Shown here: positions 11,371 through 21,438 of the stretch, piece by piece | Numbering within the stretch: the first letter of the stretch is position 1 | How the letters are laid out: every line of letters begins with the position of its first letter | DNA from: Sulfolobus acidocaldarius DSM 639 | GTDB lineage: Archaea > Thermoproteota > Thermoprotei_A > Sulfolobales > Sulfolobaceae | Assembly (NCBI RefSeq): GCF_000012285.1 | Contig: NC_007181.1 | Coordinates: forward strand, 180,001 to 212,000 | Length of the DNA: 32,000 nt | Reading direction: 5' to 3' | Made by a program: the position numbers and the translations under genes | The notes under the pieces: model-generated | Database searches by the model: none | The model's input: the letters and a program-made list of their open reading frames with translations, nothing else | What the model was told of the DNA's origin: nothing

Positions 11371-12301
11371 CTAGATTGTTTGAGGAATTATTCTGAGTCT
11401 TCTGTTGTCTAATTATCATTTCCTGCCTCACTTTTAAGAGTCTTTTTAATACCTCAGATTTTACTTTCCTCCAATCCTCCCCATTTCTCACTTTTATCCT
11501 TACTAGGACTGCCACATACTCTTTGTCAAATTGTTCATTAAAGTAGGGACCATTTTCCACTTCATAGTCTTTTACAACCTGATTTACCGCATTTTCGATC
11601 TCTTCTACCCCTAGGCTAAGCGGAAATTCGACTCTCAAACCAAATACCTTTTGGTCTGAAAATCTCGTTGTATAATCAAGAATAGAAGAGTTTAAAACAA
11701 CTAGATTTGGAACTCTTAACTCATTACCGTCATCTGTTATAATTCGGGTGAAGAACAGGTCTATGTCAACTACTGTTCCTTTATAACCTGTATCTATTCT
11801 CTCCGTAGAAAAGTACTTATATGCAGGAAGTGACGCAACACCATAAGGTATTTGTGAGCTAAGAATTCTCACTTGATCCCCTACGGTAATGTATCTTGTT
11901 AATATTATCAGTATTCCAGCGAAGAAGTTACCTAGAATAGGTTGTAAGGCTAGACCTATAACTAATCCTCCAAATACACCACTAGCCAACACTGTAGAAG
12001 CACTTACCCCTAGTGTTGATATTGCTACAACTATAGTAATTATGTAGCCAAGTATTTTCACAGTTGTCGCTATTTGATACGCAACGTTTGGTATCTTTAT
12101 CTCTCTAACTACTTCCCCTAGGCTCCAACTCAAGAGGAAACCTAACGCCAGAATTAAGCCAAGTCTTATCCAAAGAATATTATCAGGAGTAAAAATTCCA
12201 TTATTTAACTGACTAGATTGAAGTACTCTCAGTATGTAATTTATAACTCCAAAGGCTACAATAGAGGATAAAAGAATTATAATGAACTTTTGTAACTTCA
12301 C
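11363..12301 (-). CDS. MscS-family mechanosensitive ion channel
   Basis: TM helices followed by GGLVIGLALQPILGNFFAGILIILTRYITVGDQVRI and a beta-domain. Confidence 0.9.
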   Translation of the reverse strand: MKLQKFIIILLSSIVAFGVINYILRVLQSSQLNNGIFTPDNILWIRLGLILALGFLLSWSLGEVVREIKIPNVAYQIATTVKILGYIITIVVAISTLGVSASTVLASGVFGGLVIGLALQPILGNFFAGILIILTRYITVGDQVRILSSQIPYGVASLPAYKYFSTERIDTGYKGTVVDIDLFFTRIITDDGNELRVPNLVVLNSSILDYTTRFSDQKVFGLRVEFPLSLGVEEIENAVNQVVKDYEVENGPYFNEQFDKEYVAVLVRIKVRNGEDWRKVKSEVLKRLLKVRQEMIIRQQKTQNNSSNNLVK

Positions 12302-12561
12302 AGATCTAGCATTTTTCAGGAATTATATAAACTTATTACATGACCTTACTTCACCCATACCGTAAAGGGTGAGCTTTCCTCATTATATAAATTTATAGAA
12401 ACTAATCTAAATGCGCTTTATCCTATAACGAGAATTCAACATATCAATTTTTGAATCGTTTCTCTAGATAGTTTATAAGTAATCACCCTCACTCTTTAAC
12501 CTACTACGTTTGTAATTCTTCTAAAAATAACTCAAAATATAAGAGAGGTTTTCCGTAAAGC

Positions 12562-12571
12562 CTTTTAAGTA
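12562..12571 (+). promoter_or_regulatory. Candidate TATA box (cTTTTAAGT) of the encapsulin fusion gene
   Basis: About 25 nt upstream of ATG 12591, consistent with leaderless initiation in Sulfolobales. Confidence 0.45.
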
Positions 12572-12590
12572 AATAGATCATATTATAAAT

Positions 12591-13658
12591 ATGTTCTCTT
12601 CTGATCCGTCTGTGCAAGCGAGGAAAGAAAAGTTAGATAAAGAGGAAGAAGTAAGAGCGCTAAGAGGAGCTTTGATGGCAGAGTTGGACGCAATAAACTA
12701 CTATCTTCAACAGGGTAAGCTTTTTGAGAACGAACATCTTAAGAAGGTTCATGAAGACATTGCGAAAGAGGAAATAGCTCATTTTGGAGAATTTCTAAGG
12801 CTACTGTATGAGGTTAGTAAAGAGGATTTTGATTACATAGTTAAGGGTTGGAAGGAAGCATCAGAGCTTATAGGAAGCGGAAATGAAATACCAATTCCGC
12901 ATGGACAAGGGAATGATGATAAGGACAGTGAGCATAAAGAGGACAAAAATGATAGTTATCAGAAGGAACCCTCTGTGGAGGAGATAGTTTATGAGGCTTT
13001 AAAGCAAAGAAAAATAAGATACGCTGGGACTTTGAGGAGCTACCCTGATGAAAGCATCTCTCTGTTTGATTTTGAGGAGACTGAGAGGGAAGTCACACAG
13101 AAAATGGATTCGCAACTTTATAAGATAGAATATTTGAGTGTGGAATTCAAAATTAGAAGTGACTTACCTGTAAACAGGACTTTAAATATCATACATAGAG
13201 CAGGGGTAAAGTACTCCCTTATGGAAGATGAATTGTTACTCTCCAAGCATCCATTGTCCATTATAGAAAGGGGTAGGAAAGAAAAAGCATCAGATTGGGA
13301 TATTCCAGGTAGTATTGCAAACGATGTAATAAGAGGAATACAGATCCTAGAGACAAACGGCTACACTGACCCTGTTACGATAATCTCCCCTGAGCTCTAC
13401 ACAAGGCTTTTCCGCGTTTATGATAAGAGTGGTACTTATGAAATAAAGTTAGTAAAACATGCTACTGAAATTATAGTATCTCCTTTGATTAAGGGCTTAG
13501 CTGTCGTGTCAAAGAAAGGGTTCTACGTCATGGAGAATACGCCAGCTAAGGTAGAGTTTCTAGGAAGAGAAGGGATTAATAGTGATTATATCATTTGGGG
13601 AAAGATTGCCCCCTACTTAATTGATACTAATGCTGCAGTTGTATTTCTTCGCCAATAA
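12591..13658 (+). CDS. Ferritin-like domain fused to encapsulin (HK97-fold) shell protein
   Basis: Residues ~20-75 resemble encapsulated ferritins (RGALMAELDAINYYLQQGKLFENEHLKKVHEDIAKEEIAHFGEFLRLL, with ExxH). A polar linker (GQGNDDKDSEHKEDKNDSYQKE) follows. The C-terminal ~240 aa match family 1 encapsulins (SLFDFEETEREVTQKMD, GSIANDVIRGIQILETNGY, GPYTLVISPELY-like DPVTIISPELYTRLFRV). Confidence 0.85.
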   Translation: MFSSDPSVQARKEKLDKEEEVRALRGALMAELDAINYYLQQGKLFENEHLKKVHEDIAKEEIAHFGEFLRLLYEVSKEDFDYIVKGWKEASELIGSGNEIPIPHGQGNDDKDSEHKEDKNDSYQKEPSVEEIVYEALKQRKIRYAGTLRSYPDESISLFDFEETEREVTQKMDSQLYKIEYLSVEFKIRSDLPVNRTLNIIHRAGVKYSLMEDELLLSKHPLSIIERGRKEKASDWDIPGSIANDVIRGIQILETNGYTDPVTIISPELYTRLFRVYDKSGTYEIKLVKHATEIIVSPLIKGLAVVSKKGFYVMENTPAKVEFLGREGINSDYIIWGKIAPYLIDTNAAVVFLRQ

Positions 13659-14232
13659 ACAGACTATCTAGTATCCTTTCTCTATAATCTAGAATTTTTT
13701 CACTGAAATACAAATATTCGCTTAAGTCTACACCCTCAAAGAACTCACTTATCTCATTCACTGTCTCCTTGAGAATTACATTCCTATTTTGTTTATCTAA
13801 GGATTTAATTATCTCAACTCCCTCCAAATAACTTTCTTTATCTGACCATAACTTGAACCTTGTGACAGGCTTGTGCAATATTTCCTGAACGTAATAAAGT
13901 GGTTTCCAAGCTAACAATACATGACCATGGTCTATGATATATCCGTAATTATTCTTGGAGAGAATATGATCCTCTTTTAAATCAATATTTAGTAGCCACT
14001 CCTCAAAGGCTAAAGCCCTCTTTAACTCTTTCAGGTTTTTCACTTCAAATGTGGCTCTATCTGGTAAGTAATCCATCATAATCCCCTCACTGGTGACCTC
14101 TAAATCAAGTACAGGCATTCCTAAAACTCTCCCTATTCTTGAGGCAAACAACTCGGATATCACTTCATACTTGGAATGAATGTCATTCTCTTCTTTGAAC
14201 CTTTTCAGAAACTTCATGACGTAGCATTGCAT
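13627..14232 (-). CDS. HipA-like kinase-fold protein (tentative)
   Basis: Motifs KYEVISELFASRIGRVLGMPVLDLEV and NNYGYIIDHGHVLLAWKP resemble HipA_2-type proteins. Convergent 32-bp overlap with the encapsulin gene. Confidence 0.45.
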   Translation of the reverse strand: MQCYVMKFLKRFKEENDIHSKYEVISELFASRIGRVLGMPVLDLEVTSEGIMMDYLPDRATFEVKNLKELKRALAFEEWLLNIDLKEDHILSKNNYGYIIDHGHVLLAWKPLYYVQEILHKPVTRFKLWSDKESYLEGVEIIKSLDKQNRNVILKETVNEISEFFEGVDLSEYLYFSEKILDYRERILDSLFIGEEIQLQH

Positions 14233-14288
14233 GGGATCATTTTAAAAATCTGTTATGAGTCAAAAATTTATACTTCTGATAAGGACTA

Positions 14289-15149
14289 TTGAAAGTGTTC
14301 ACTGAAGTTTTTATTTCTGTATATGTTATCGCTTTGATACTAGGGAGATACATAAAATTACCTAAGGGGGTCTCAGACGCAATAATATTGACAGTGATAT
14401 TTACTATAGCATTTTGGGGAGGATCTCAGATAGCTGGAATTGAGTTGGTCGATTCTATATTACTATCACTTCTTCTTGCGCTAGTGATAACTGTGGTCAC
14501 TTACGCCCTAGGATTATTTACTGTCTCCAGACTAAATGTAACCTTCGCTACAAAAGTCAATTGGAAAGTCCAAGCAAAATACCTGATCCCATTAGTTTTA
14601 GGTTTCGTGGTTGGGCTATTACTAAGGGTTAACATTCCTTTTGGCAATATTATAGATTATGAATTGTACATTCTTGCATTAGTTATAGGAATTGATGTAG
14701 GGAGCGCTATTAGTCTGAAGACGTTAATGAAGATGAGTAAGGTAGCTATATTCGCTGTTATTATAGACGTAATTAGTGCAGTCCTTGTAGCCTTAATTAT
14801 CTCCCCCGTAATTAATTTAAAGGAAGGCTTGATGATTATGTTAGGATCAGGGTGGTATTCATATACTGGTCCTTTCGTAGCAAGATATTATGGTCCAGTG
14901 GCTGGAATAATTGGGTTTTTGGTTAATTTCCTGAGAGAGCAATTAGCCTTCGTCTTAGTCCCCATTTTCCTGAAGTTTAGACCTACCCCTGTGGGAGCAA
15001 TAGCAGTAGGTGGTGCAACCTCTATGGACGTTACTCTACCGTTATATGTGGAAGTTTTGGGAAATGAGTATATGATAGGAGCCATGGTAAGTGGAGTCAT
15101 ATTGACTATTGCAGTTCCAATAATTTTACCGTTGGTGAGTATAATTTGA
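14289..15149 (+). CDS. LysO/DUF340 family membrane exporter
   Basis: Multi-TM protein; GSGWYSYTGPFVARYYGPVAGIIGFLVNFLRE and PVGAIAVGGATSMDVTLPL are typical of the lysine exporter LO family. Confidence 0.8.
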   Translation: MKVFTEVFISVYVIALILGRYIKLPKGVSDAIILTVIFTIAFWGGSQIAGIELVDSILLSLLLALVITVVTYALGLFTVSRLNVTFATKVNWKVQAKYLIPLVLGFVVGLLLRVNIPFGNIIDYELYILALVIGIDVGSAISLKTLMKMSKVAIFAVIIDVISAVLVALIISPVINLKEGLMIMLGSGWYSYTGPFVARYYGPVAGIIGFLVNFLREQLAFVLVPIFLKFRPTPVGAIAVGGATSMDVTLPLYVEVLGNEYMIGAMVSGVILTIAVPIILPLVSII

Positions 15150-16270
15150 ATAAGTGGGTAATTGTCTTCATAACTTCATCCTCCTTTTTTCTAGGCTATT
15201 TTGCCAGAGTAGCTTGGAGCATAGTGAGTGTTTATTCCACCTTAAAACCGAATGAGTTTGAAAATGGACTTATATTCTCGTTGTTCTTCATAGCATACGT
15301 TATAGTTCAAATTCCGTCGGGACTACTTTCAGATATTTTCAAACCTAACTTGATTGCATTGCTATCTCTAATAGGGCTTTTTGTGTCCTCCTTACTCTCT
15401 GGTATAGCTCAGACTATACTCATGTTGTATATATCCAGTTTTATGATGGGATTTTGCGCAGGTTGGATATACCCTGTGACGATAAAAATTCTCACAGCCA
15501 CGTTTTCAAAGAACGAGCTAAATAAGGCTATAAGCTACTATAGCCTAGCCTGGCCATTGTCGATTGTAATATCTGGTTTAGCTTTGCCTGCGATGACTAT
15601 TGACCTTGGCTGGAGAGCACCATATTACATGATAGCTCTGATATCCTTAGTGTTAGGACTATCATATCTCAAACTGGGTAATGTGAAAAAGGATTTAGAT
15701 AATAAAAATAACAACAAATTATCTTTTTCAGTAATCAAAGATAGAAGGGTCTTAGTTGTTAGTGTTGCTGGTTTTCTGTTCTTTTTATCTTATTGGACTA
15801 TTGCGTTATACGCTTATAAGTACTTTCTGTACACAGGTTTGAACGATTACTTTGCAGGATTAGCATATTCACTCTTAGCTTTAACCGGAATTCCGTCAAC
15901 CATAATGGCAGGTTTTATAATACAGAGGTTCGGTCCTATAAAATCCCTAAGTTTATTCGAAGGGGTTTACGGTATACTTACAATCATCTTACCAATTTCT
16001 CTAAATTATATTTACATACTGATAATTGCTGCTGTTATGGGTTTCGTTAGATTTGTGATAACCCCTGCCAATTCCTCGGCTGTAGCTATGATAGGTGGGA
16101 ATAAGGCTGGTAGCGTCTCAGGTATTTCTAACTTCTTCTGGCAGACTAGCGGAATAATCTCGCCTATTCTCGCATCTTTTATATTAGTAGATTTCAGCTA
16201 TCTCGCGTTATGGATATTTTGTGGACTTGTGATACTGGTATCAGCTATAATGTATTATGTGTTACTCTGA
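15146..16270 (+). CDS. MFS transporter
   Basis: ~12 TM; IVQIPSGLLSDIFKPNLIALLSLIGLFVSSLL and MMGFCAGWIYPVTIKILTATF. 4-bp overlap with the upstream gene. Confidence 0.85.
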   Translation: MNKWVIVFITSSSFFLGYFARVAWSIVSVYSTLKPNEFENGLIFSLFFIAYVIVQIPSGLLSDIFKPNLIALLSLIGLFVSSLLSGIAQTILMLYISSFMMGFCAGWIYPVTIKILTATFSKNELNKAISYYSLAWPLSIVISGLALPAMTIDLGWRAPYYMIALISLVLGLSYLKLGNVKKDLDNKNNNKLSFSVIKDRRVLVVSVAGFLFFLSYWTIALYAYKYFLYTGLNDYFAGLAYSLLALTGIPSTIMAGFIIQRFGPIKSLSLFEGVYGILTIILPISLNYIYILIIAAVMGFVRFVITPANSSAVAMIGGNKAGSVSGISNFFWQTSGIISPILASFILVDFSYLALWIFCGLVILVSAIMYYVLL

Positions 16271-16752
16271 ACTATCCTTTTGACGAAACGGCTTCTCTGA
16301 AGAACCTTTAATTTATTCAAGCTTTTTGGAATATTAAGTTCATCTACAGACACAATAGACACTATATAATTTTCAAAAGTCTGCTCATCTATATCGGGAA
16401 AAGTTAAACGCTTAATGTTCCTAAATGATAACTGTTTACCATGGTTTATTATTTCTTCTTTAGATAATGTAAGATCGTCCAAATCAGCAATTACTGTAAC
16501 CCCTTTTCTAGCTTCATTAAATCCCTCCACAAACGATCTACCAGTTTCTTTAGCCCTCTGCAACGTTTGGTCTATGACGTTAGCCGTTTCACTTGCTACT
16601 CCTAGAAAACTACTCATCGCCTGATTCATTACCTCCCCTACAGTTCTTCCACTATCTCTTGCGAAATTTACCATTTTCTCATAAAGGTCTTGATCTATTC
16701 CCCTTATTGTTACACTTTTCTTTTTCTCTTCTTCAGATGACTTGTCAGACAT
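16255..16752 (-). CDS. Ribbon-helix-helix-type N-terminal domain protein with unassigned C-terminal domain
   Basis: KKKSVTIRGIDQDLYEKMVNFARDSGRTVGEVMNQAMSSFL resembles the RHH/CopG fold; remainder unassigned. Confidence 0.6.
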   Translation of the reverse strand: MSDKSSEEEKKKSVTIRGIDQDLYEKMVNFARDSGRTVGEVMNQAMSSFLGVASETANVIDQTLQRAKETGRSFVEGFNEARKGVTVIADLDDLTLSKEEIINHGKQLSFRNIKRLTFPDIDEQTFENYIVSIVSVDELNIPKSLNKLKVLQRSRFVKRIVQSNT

Positions 16753-16831
16753 GTCATACTGTAATACACAGTCACAGTATTTAAATTTTTCGCCATAAAA
16801 CTTATCAACTGTCGCGTAAAAGTGTAAATAT

Positions 16832-17806
16832 GTGATTTACGAGGTTGAAGAGGAAATAATTAACTTCACTCCTCAGGGGAACTTCACGGAAAACAGGGTT
16901 GTTAAAGTTCCCAGAAGAGGAGTCACAGGGGGATGTTCATCCTTTACACATCCAAGTGTAAAGGATTTTGAGAGAATAAGGGAGATAAATGATGATGAAG
17001 CTACAATTGTCATAAAGAAAGTTCGCAGACAAATAAGGGATGATGAACACGTTTGTGTTGAGGAGAAAGTTCTCAATTACGTAAGTATAGGTGATATGAA
17101 GTTCGGATATGTGGGAAGTCCACTTGAGGTAAAAATCTCGCTGGACTTTTTAAAATCCATAAGATTTAACGTTTTAGAGGAGAGGGTGTGGAATTTAGGC
17201 AGGGTCTACGGGATATTAGACCCAGAGGCATCAGCACATGTCTTTCATAACCTAGTTGAGTTTTTGAAGGGAGACCAACCTAGAATAAGACTTGGAGAGA
17301 AGATCTTATCAGATGAGATTTCAGTATATGATAACCCCTTGAATAATTATCTACTTGGCTTTTCAGTTTTTGACGACGAGGGCTATCCTACCAAGAGGAA
17401 GGAGATTATCGCTGACGGTACTGTCTCGTCATATCTTGGGACGTCGTTTACAAAGAAAGTTGAGCCCGGAAATGCAAGGGGGTTCATACCTAAACCAGAC
17501 TACTTTAACTTAGAGGTCAGTAATGGTAGCTGGAATGTTAAGGAGATGATCGAAGATACTAAAGGAGATTGGATACTTATCTCAGGTGTTAAAAGGAGTG
17601 AAATAGTGAAAAATAGTATTAGGCTATTTCCAAGAACAGTCATATTTAAGGGAAAAGGAGTGGTAGTGAGGGAGATAGCGATTCCACTTCAAGAGCTATT
17701 GACAATTGATGCAGTGAGCAAGGATGGTAGAAGTGTTATGGTTGATGAGAATCATGGTGCCTATACCCCTTATGTTAGACTTAAGGTAAGACCTATAATA
17801 TACTAA
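16832..17806 (+). CDS. TldD/PmbA-like protein (short form)
   Basis: ASAHVFHNLVEFLKGDQPRIRLGEKILSDEISVYDNP…FDDEGYPTKRKEIIADGTVSSYLGTSF matches the conserved TldD/PmbA C-terminal region; N-terminal region is divergent. Confidence 0.65.
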   Translation: MIYEVEEEIINFTPQGNFTENRVVKVPRRGVTGGCSSFTHPSVKDFERIREINDDEATIVIKKVRRQIRDDEHVCVEEKVLNYVSIGDMKFGYVGSPLEVKISLDFLKSIRFNVLEERVWNLGRVYGILDPEASAHVFHNLVEFLKGDQPRIRLGEKILSDEISVYDNPLNNYLLGFSVFDDEGYPTKRKEIIADGTVSSYLGTSFTKKVEPGNARGFIPKPDYFNLEVSNGSWNVKEMIEDTKGDWILISGVKRSEIVKNSIRLFPRTVIFKGKGVVVREIAIPLQELLTIDAVSKDGRSVMVDENHGAYTPYVRLKVRPIIY

Positions 17807-17850
17807 CTTGTAAAAAAGTGGGTCTTAATTTCACAATCTTTTTACCTAAC

Positions 17851-18606
17851 TTACAAGCTGTGTGTTAAATAATCAATTCTTCCTCCATCCGCTACTATCA
17901 CTTGTCCAGTGATGTACTTGGCATCATCGCTAGATAGGAAGGTGACTATACCTGCTATGTCCTCTGGTCTCCCGGTAGTGTGTAGTACCGTCCTATCCCT
18001 AAACCACTGTTTAATTTTTTCAGTCTCTTCAGGACTCTTCCCCGAAACCGTTAAATCAGTCTCCACCCATCCTGGAGCTACAGCATTAACTCTAATGTTA
18101 TACTTGCCTAACTCAAAGGCTAGTCTCCTGGTTAACATTATAACAGCAGATTTAGTTATGGCATAGAACGTCGTTCCAACAGCAGATGTTCCAATTCCAG
18201 CATTTGAGGCTATATTTACGATTACGCCTCCTCTCTCCTTCATAAAAGGCAGAAAAGTGTGGATTACGTAGATCGTTCCATTCAAGTTAATATCCATCAT
18301 TCTCCTGTATTTTTCCTCATCAAACTCTTCAAATGGCATAGTGTACATAACCCCAGCATTATTTACGATTACATCTACGTTGTTTGTAATCTCCCTTACT
18401 TTTTTGGAAGCCTCTATAACTTGATCCCTTTTTGACACATTGCACTTGATTGTGACGATTCCTTTACTTTCCAATTCCTTTGCTTGGCTCTCCGAAGATG
18501 CGTAGAGCACAAATACCTTAGCACCTAAGGAGTTAAACCTCTCAGCTATAGCCCTTCCTATGCCCCTAGTTCCACCAGTTATAACTACGTTTTTACCCTT
18601 AAACAT
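17851..18606 (-). CDS. Short-chain dehydrogenase/reductase
   Basis: TGGTRGIGRAIAERF, NNAGVMY, YAITKSAVIMLTRRLAFELGKYNIRVNAVAPGWVETD. Confidence 0.93.
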   Translation of the reverse strand: MFKGKNVVITGGTRGIGRAIAERFNSLGAKVFVLYASSESQAKELESKGIVTIKCNVSKRDQVIEASKKVREITNNVDVIVNNAGVMYTMPFEEFDEEKYRRMMDINLNGTIYVIHTFLPFMKERGGVIVNIASNAGIGTSAVGTTFYAITKSAVIMLTRRLAFELGKYNIRVNAVAPGWVETDLTVSGKSPEETEKIKQWFRDRTVLHTTGRPEDIAGIVTFLSSDDAKYITGQVIVADGGRIDYLTHSL

Positions 18607-18657
18607 AAATTCTACTAGAGAATGTCAAAATAAAAGCTAAACGTTTACATTTTATAT

Positions 18658-19305
18658 ATGGACAAAATAGCATGCGTAGATTTAGGAGATACGTTGGTAG
18701 CATTTGAGCCGAGAAGATACCAACTGATATATGATTTTTTGAGAGACAACGGATACAATCTAAGTCTATCAAAAGTATATAGAGCTTACGTAAGGAGTCT
18801 CTCGAAGTTCAATTTTCCTGACGATAATGGTGTAAACCCATTTGATGTAAAAGACTTCCTCTATGAGTTGGGCTTAGACCCATCTAATGAGAAGTTAACA
18901 AAGAAAATTTCATCTATATCAAGAGGTAGTGAATACCACATCTATGATGATGCCATAGATTTCCTAGAGTACCTTAGATCTGAAGGTTATAAAACAGCTC
19001 TAGTTTCAAATGCCACTCCTAGGGCAAGAAATGTAGTATACTCGTTAGGTCTCCATAAATATCTTGACATCCTAATATTTTCCTTTGAAGTAGGGGTCGT
19101 TAAACCAAATCCAAAAATTTTCACATATGTTAGGGAGAAATTAGGCGAGCCAGACTTTCACTTAGGTGATATTGCTGAAATGGATATACAGGGAGCTAAG
19201 AGGGCAACGCTAAAAAGGGGAATTCTTTTGGATAGGTTTGGATTCTATGGTACGGATATTAAGACATTGAAAGACGTTATTCGCTCTTTAGAGGCTTTGC
19301 GGTAA
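18658..19305 (+). CDS. HAD-superfamily hydrolase
   Basis: DLGDTLVAFEPRRYQLIYDFL; ALVSNATPRARNVVYSLGLHKYLDILIFSFEVGVVKPNPKIF; HLGDIAEMDIQGAKRA. Confidence 0.88.
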   Translation: MDKIACVDLGDTLVAFEPRRYQLIYDFLRDNGYNLSLSKVYRAYVRSLSKFNFPDDNGVNPFDVKDFLYELGLDPSNEKLTKKISSISRGSEYHIYDDAIDFLEYLRSEGYKTALVSNATPRARNVVYSLGLHKYLDILIFSFEVGVVKPNPKIFTYVREKLGEPDFHLGDIAEMDIQGAKRATLKRGILLDRFGFYGTDIKTLKDVIRSLEALR

Positions 19306-20863
19306 GTCTGATGAGCCAATATATTGATTTCAGGACTCCAGTGAGGTTGTTTAAGTTAACCTGCGAGTAAATCTTAGCGTGTTCTCCTTTTGTTTCTTTC
19401 AATTGCATGAACACAAAGTCTATACTGGAGAATATTTTATCGATCATGGTTTGAACTATCTTCCTCACCAGTTTATTTCTCATGCTATTTGTTATTACAG
19501 GGATTAGCTGTCTAGTAATTTTCAGATCATAGTTCCATGCTAGATATAACAAATCCCAATAGTTTTTAGGAAGCTTCTCCGGCTTAGGGTATGGATTCTT
19601 GGAGATGTAAGTTGTTGAGATTGGAATCACAGGTAACGGGAATATCCATGTTACCAGTTTATGGTCTATCAATGACTGGACTAGGCTGATACTCTGGTCC
19701 ACGTCTTCTTCAGTCTCCTCAGGATAACCTATTGTCATAGTGTAGCACGGATAGATGTAATTGTCATTCATTATTGCTGTGGCATCCAAGATTACATCTC
19801 TCCAGTCCCTGGGAGTCCATGGGAAGGCTTTAGCAGGCATGTACTTTTCAATTATCTTCAGACTCCCACTCTCTAGACCAACCACGGGAGCTGCAGCTCT
19901 ATCGAAATTATATGAAGCTATTTCTGACATAGCCTTTACAGTCTTAGGGCTTTCCCTAACTGCCGGTGCCGATATGTGTGGGAACCATATTCCGTCAACC
20001 CCCATCTTCATAACTTCTGAGAACAGATTTACTATGGCATCATGATTAGTCCTCAACTTTTGGGATCCATAAAGCAAGATGTCGTCTGTAATAAACTCTA
20101 CCCTCCTCCACCCACCTTTCATATTTATCTCTACTTCTTTCTTTATGACGTCTATAGGTATTGATCTGAAAGTCTCTGGGGTAATTGAACAGAACCTACA
20201 ACCCCTAGGGCAACCCCTTGTTACCTGAACCTCCCCTAACCTAGCAGGATTTTGTATTGGAGGAATTTTATCCAGCTTTGGGTTTCTTCCTCTAACTATT
20301 GATGGTGGTTCATTTCCATCAAGAATTGACTTAACTAACGGTGGAAGATCTACCTCTGCCTCTCCTACAAAAACAGTATCTATCCAATCAGGTTTTTTAA
20401 GACTCAGTTCCCAAGCTCCTGGACCTCCTGCAATCACTTTGATTTTATATTTCTCCTTTAAACTCTTTATCTCCTCTCCAAACTCGTCGAAGAACTGGGC
20501 GGTCCAAGTAGGACCTCCGCCAAATATGAAACTCAACTTTGCACTCACTGGGTTTAAGCCATATGGATCGTGGGCTGTGATTCCTATTATTTTAGTTTCT
20601 TTCGCAAATTTCTTTAACTTTTCTGGAGGTACTGTAATTACATTAAATCCTGAATTTGTGAGTAATGCCTCGATTTTTCTTATGGCGTATGGAGCAAACA
20701 GTGCTCTGCCATCTTTATCAGTTGGTACAGGGGGAGTGAAGAACCTGTTCATAAAAACTCTTGGAACTAGTCTAGCTGGCATGCATGCCACATATCCTAG
20801 TACACTAGTTCCACCGTAATCTGTGAAGGATCCTCTATCTGATGTGAGGATTATGTCATACAT
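19277..20863 (-). CDS. B12-binding-domain radical SAM protein
   Basis: VTRGCPRGCRFCSITPETFRSIP (CxxxCxxC) with an N-terminal Rossmann-like/B12-binding-type region. Confidence 0.88.
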   Translation of the reverse strand: MYDIILTSDRGSFTDYGGTSVLGYVACMPARLVPRVFMNRFFTPPVPTDKDGRALFAPYAIRKIEALLTNSGFNVITVPPEKLKKFAKETKIIGITAHDPYGLNPVSAKLSFIFGGGPTWTAQFFDEFGEEIKSLKEKYKIKVIAGGPGAWELSLKKPDWIDTVFVGEAEVDLPPLVKSILDGNEPPSIVRGRNPKLDKIPPIQNPARLGEVQVTRGCPRGCRFCSITPETFRSIPIDVIKKEVEINMKGGWRRVEFITDDILLYGSQKLRTNHDAIVNLFSEVMKMGVDGIWFPHISAPAVRESPKTVKAMSEIASYNFDRAAAPVVGLESGSLKIIEKYMPAKAFPWTPRDWRDVILDATAIMNDNYIYPCYTMTIGYPEETEEDVDQSISLVQSLIDHKLVTWIFPLPVIPISTTYISKNPYPKPEKLPKNYWDLLYLAWNYDLKITRQLIPVITNSMRNKLVRKIVQTMIDKIFSSIDFVFMQLKETKGEHAKIYSQVNLNNLTGVLKSIYWLIRLTAKPLKSE

Positions 20864-21087
20864 TAAAAAGAGAATCGTATTCAGATGTTATAAACTTTCT
20901 TTTAAAAAGAGTATCAGAGAAGGGATTAAATATTTTATTAAGGGGATAAAACTGAAGACTGTTTAATAACTCACCCTATATATTTGTTCAGTTTTTAATA
21001 AAAAAATTGTTTGGTGGTAAACTTTTTCTTAACTCAAGATATATCTCTAAAAACTTGAGATTTTTGAAAAAGCTTTAGAACAACCTA

Positions 21088-21438
21088 CTATATCAGTAAA
21101 GAGGCTAAATGCAGTGCACCCAATATTAGAGCAATAATAACAAATATTACTAGTGACAACACTCCAATTACTATAGCTCCACCCCATCCTACATTGTATA
21201 TTTCTCTAATTATTAATAATATTATGATTATACCTATTATAGCTCCTATGAAATGTAGGAAAGTTGAAAGAACCACGTATACTACTATCGATACTAAACT
21301 CACAATCATTGCGTTTCCAAAACTGGATCTTCTTGATACTGCCTTAGATGCTAGCCACACTGGAATTGACAGTATTATCCAACCTATTAAAAAACTTATT
21401 AAAAGTATTATTAGGTTAGAAATTGATGCCATAATCAA
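21088..21438 (-). CDS. Hypothetical integral membrane protein (116 aa)
   Basis: Four hydrophobic stretches; no family recognised. Confidence 0.55.
   Translation of the reverse strand: MIMASISNLIILLISFLIGWIILSIPVWLASKAVSRRSSFGNAMIVSLVSIVVYVVLSTFLHFIGAIIGIIIILLIIREIYNVGWGGAIVIGVLSLVIFVIIALILGALHLASLLI

Noticed and set aside
19761-20819. Plus-strand ORFs 19761..20045 and 20439..20819
   Set aside because: Antisense shadows of the radical SAM gene.
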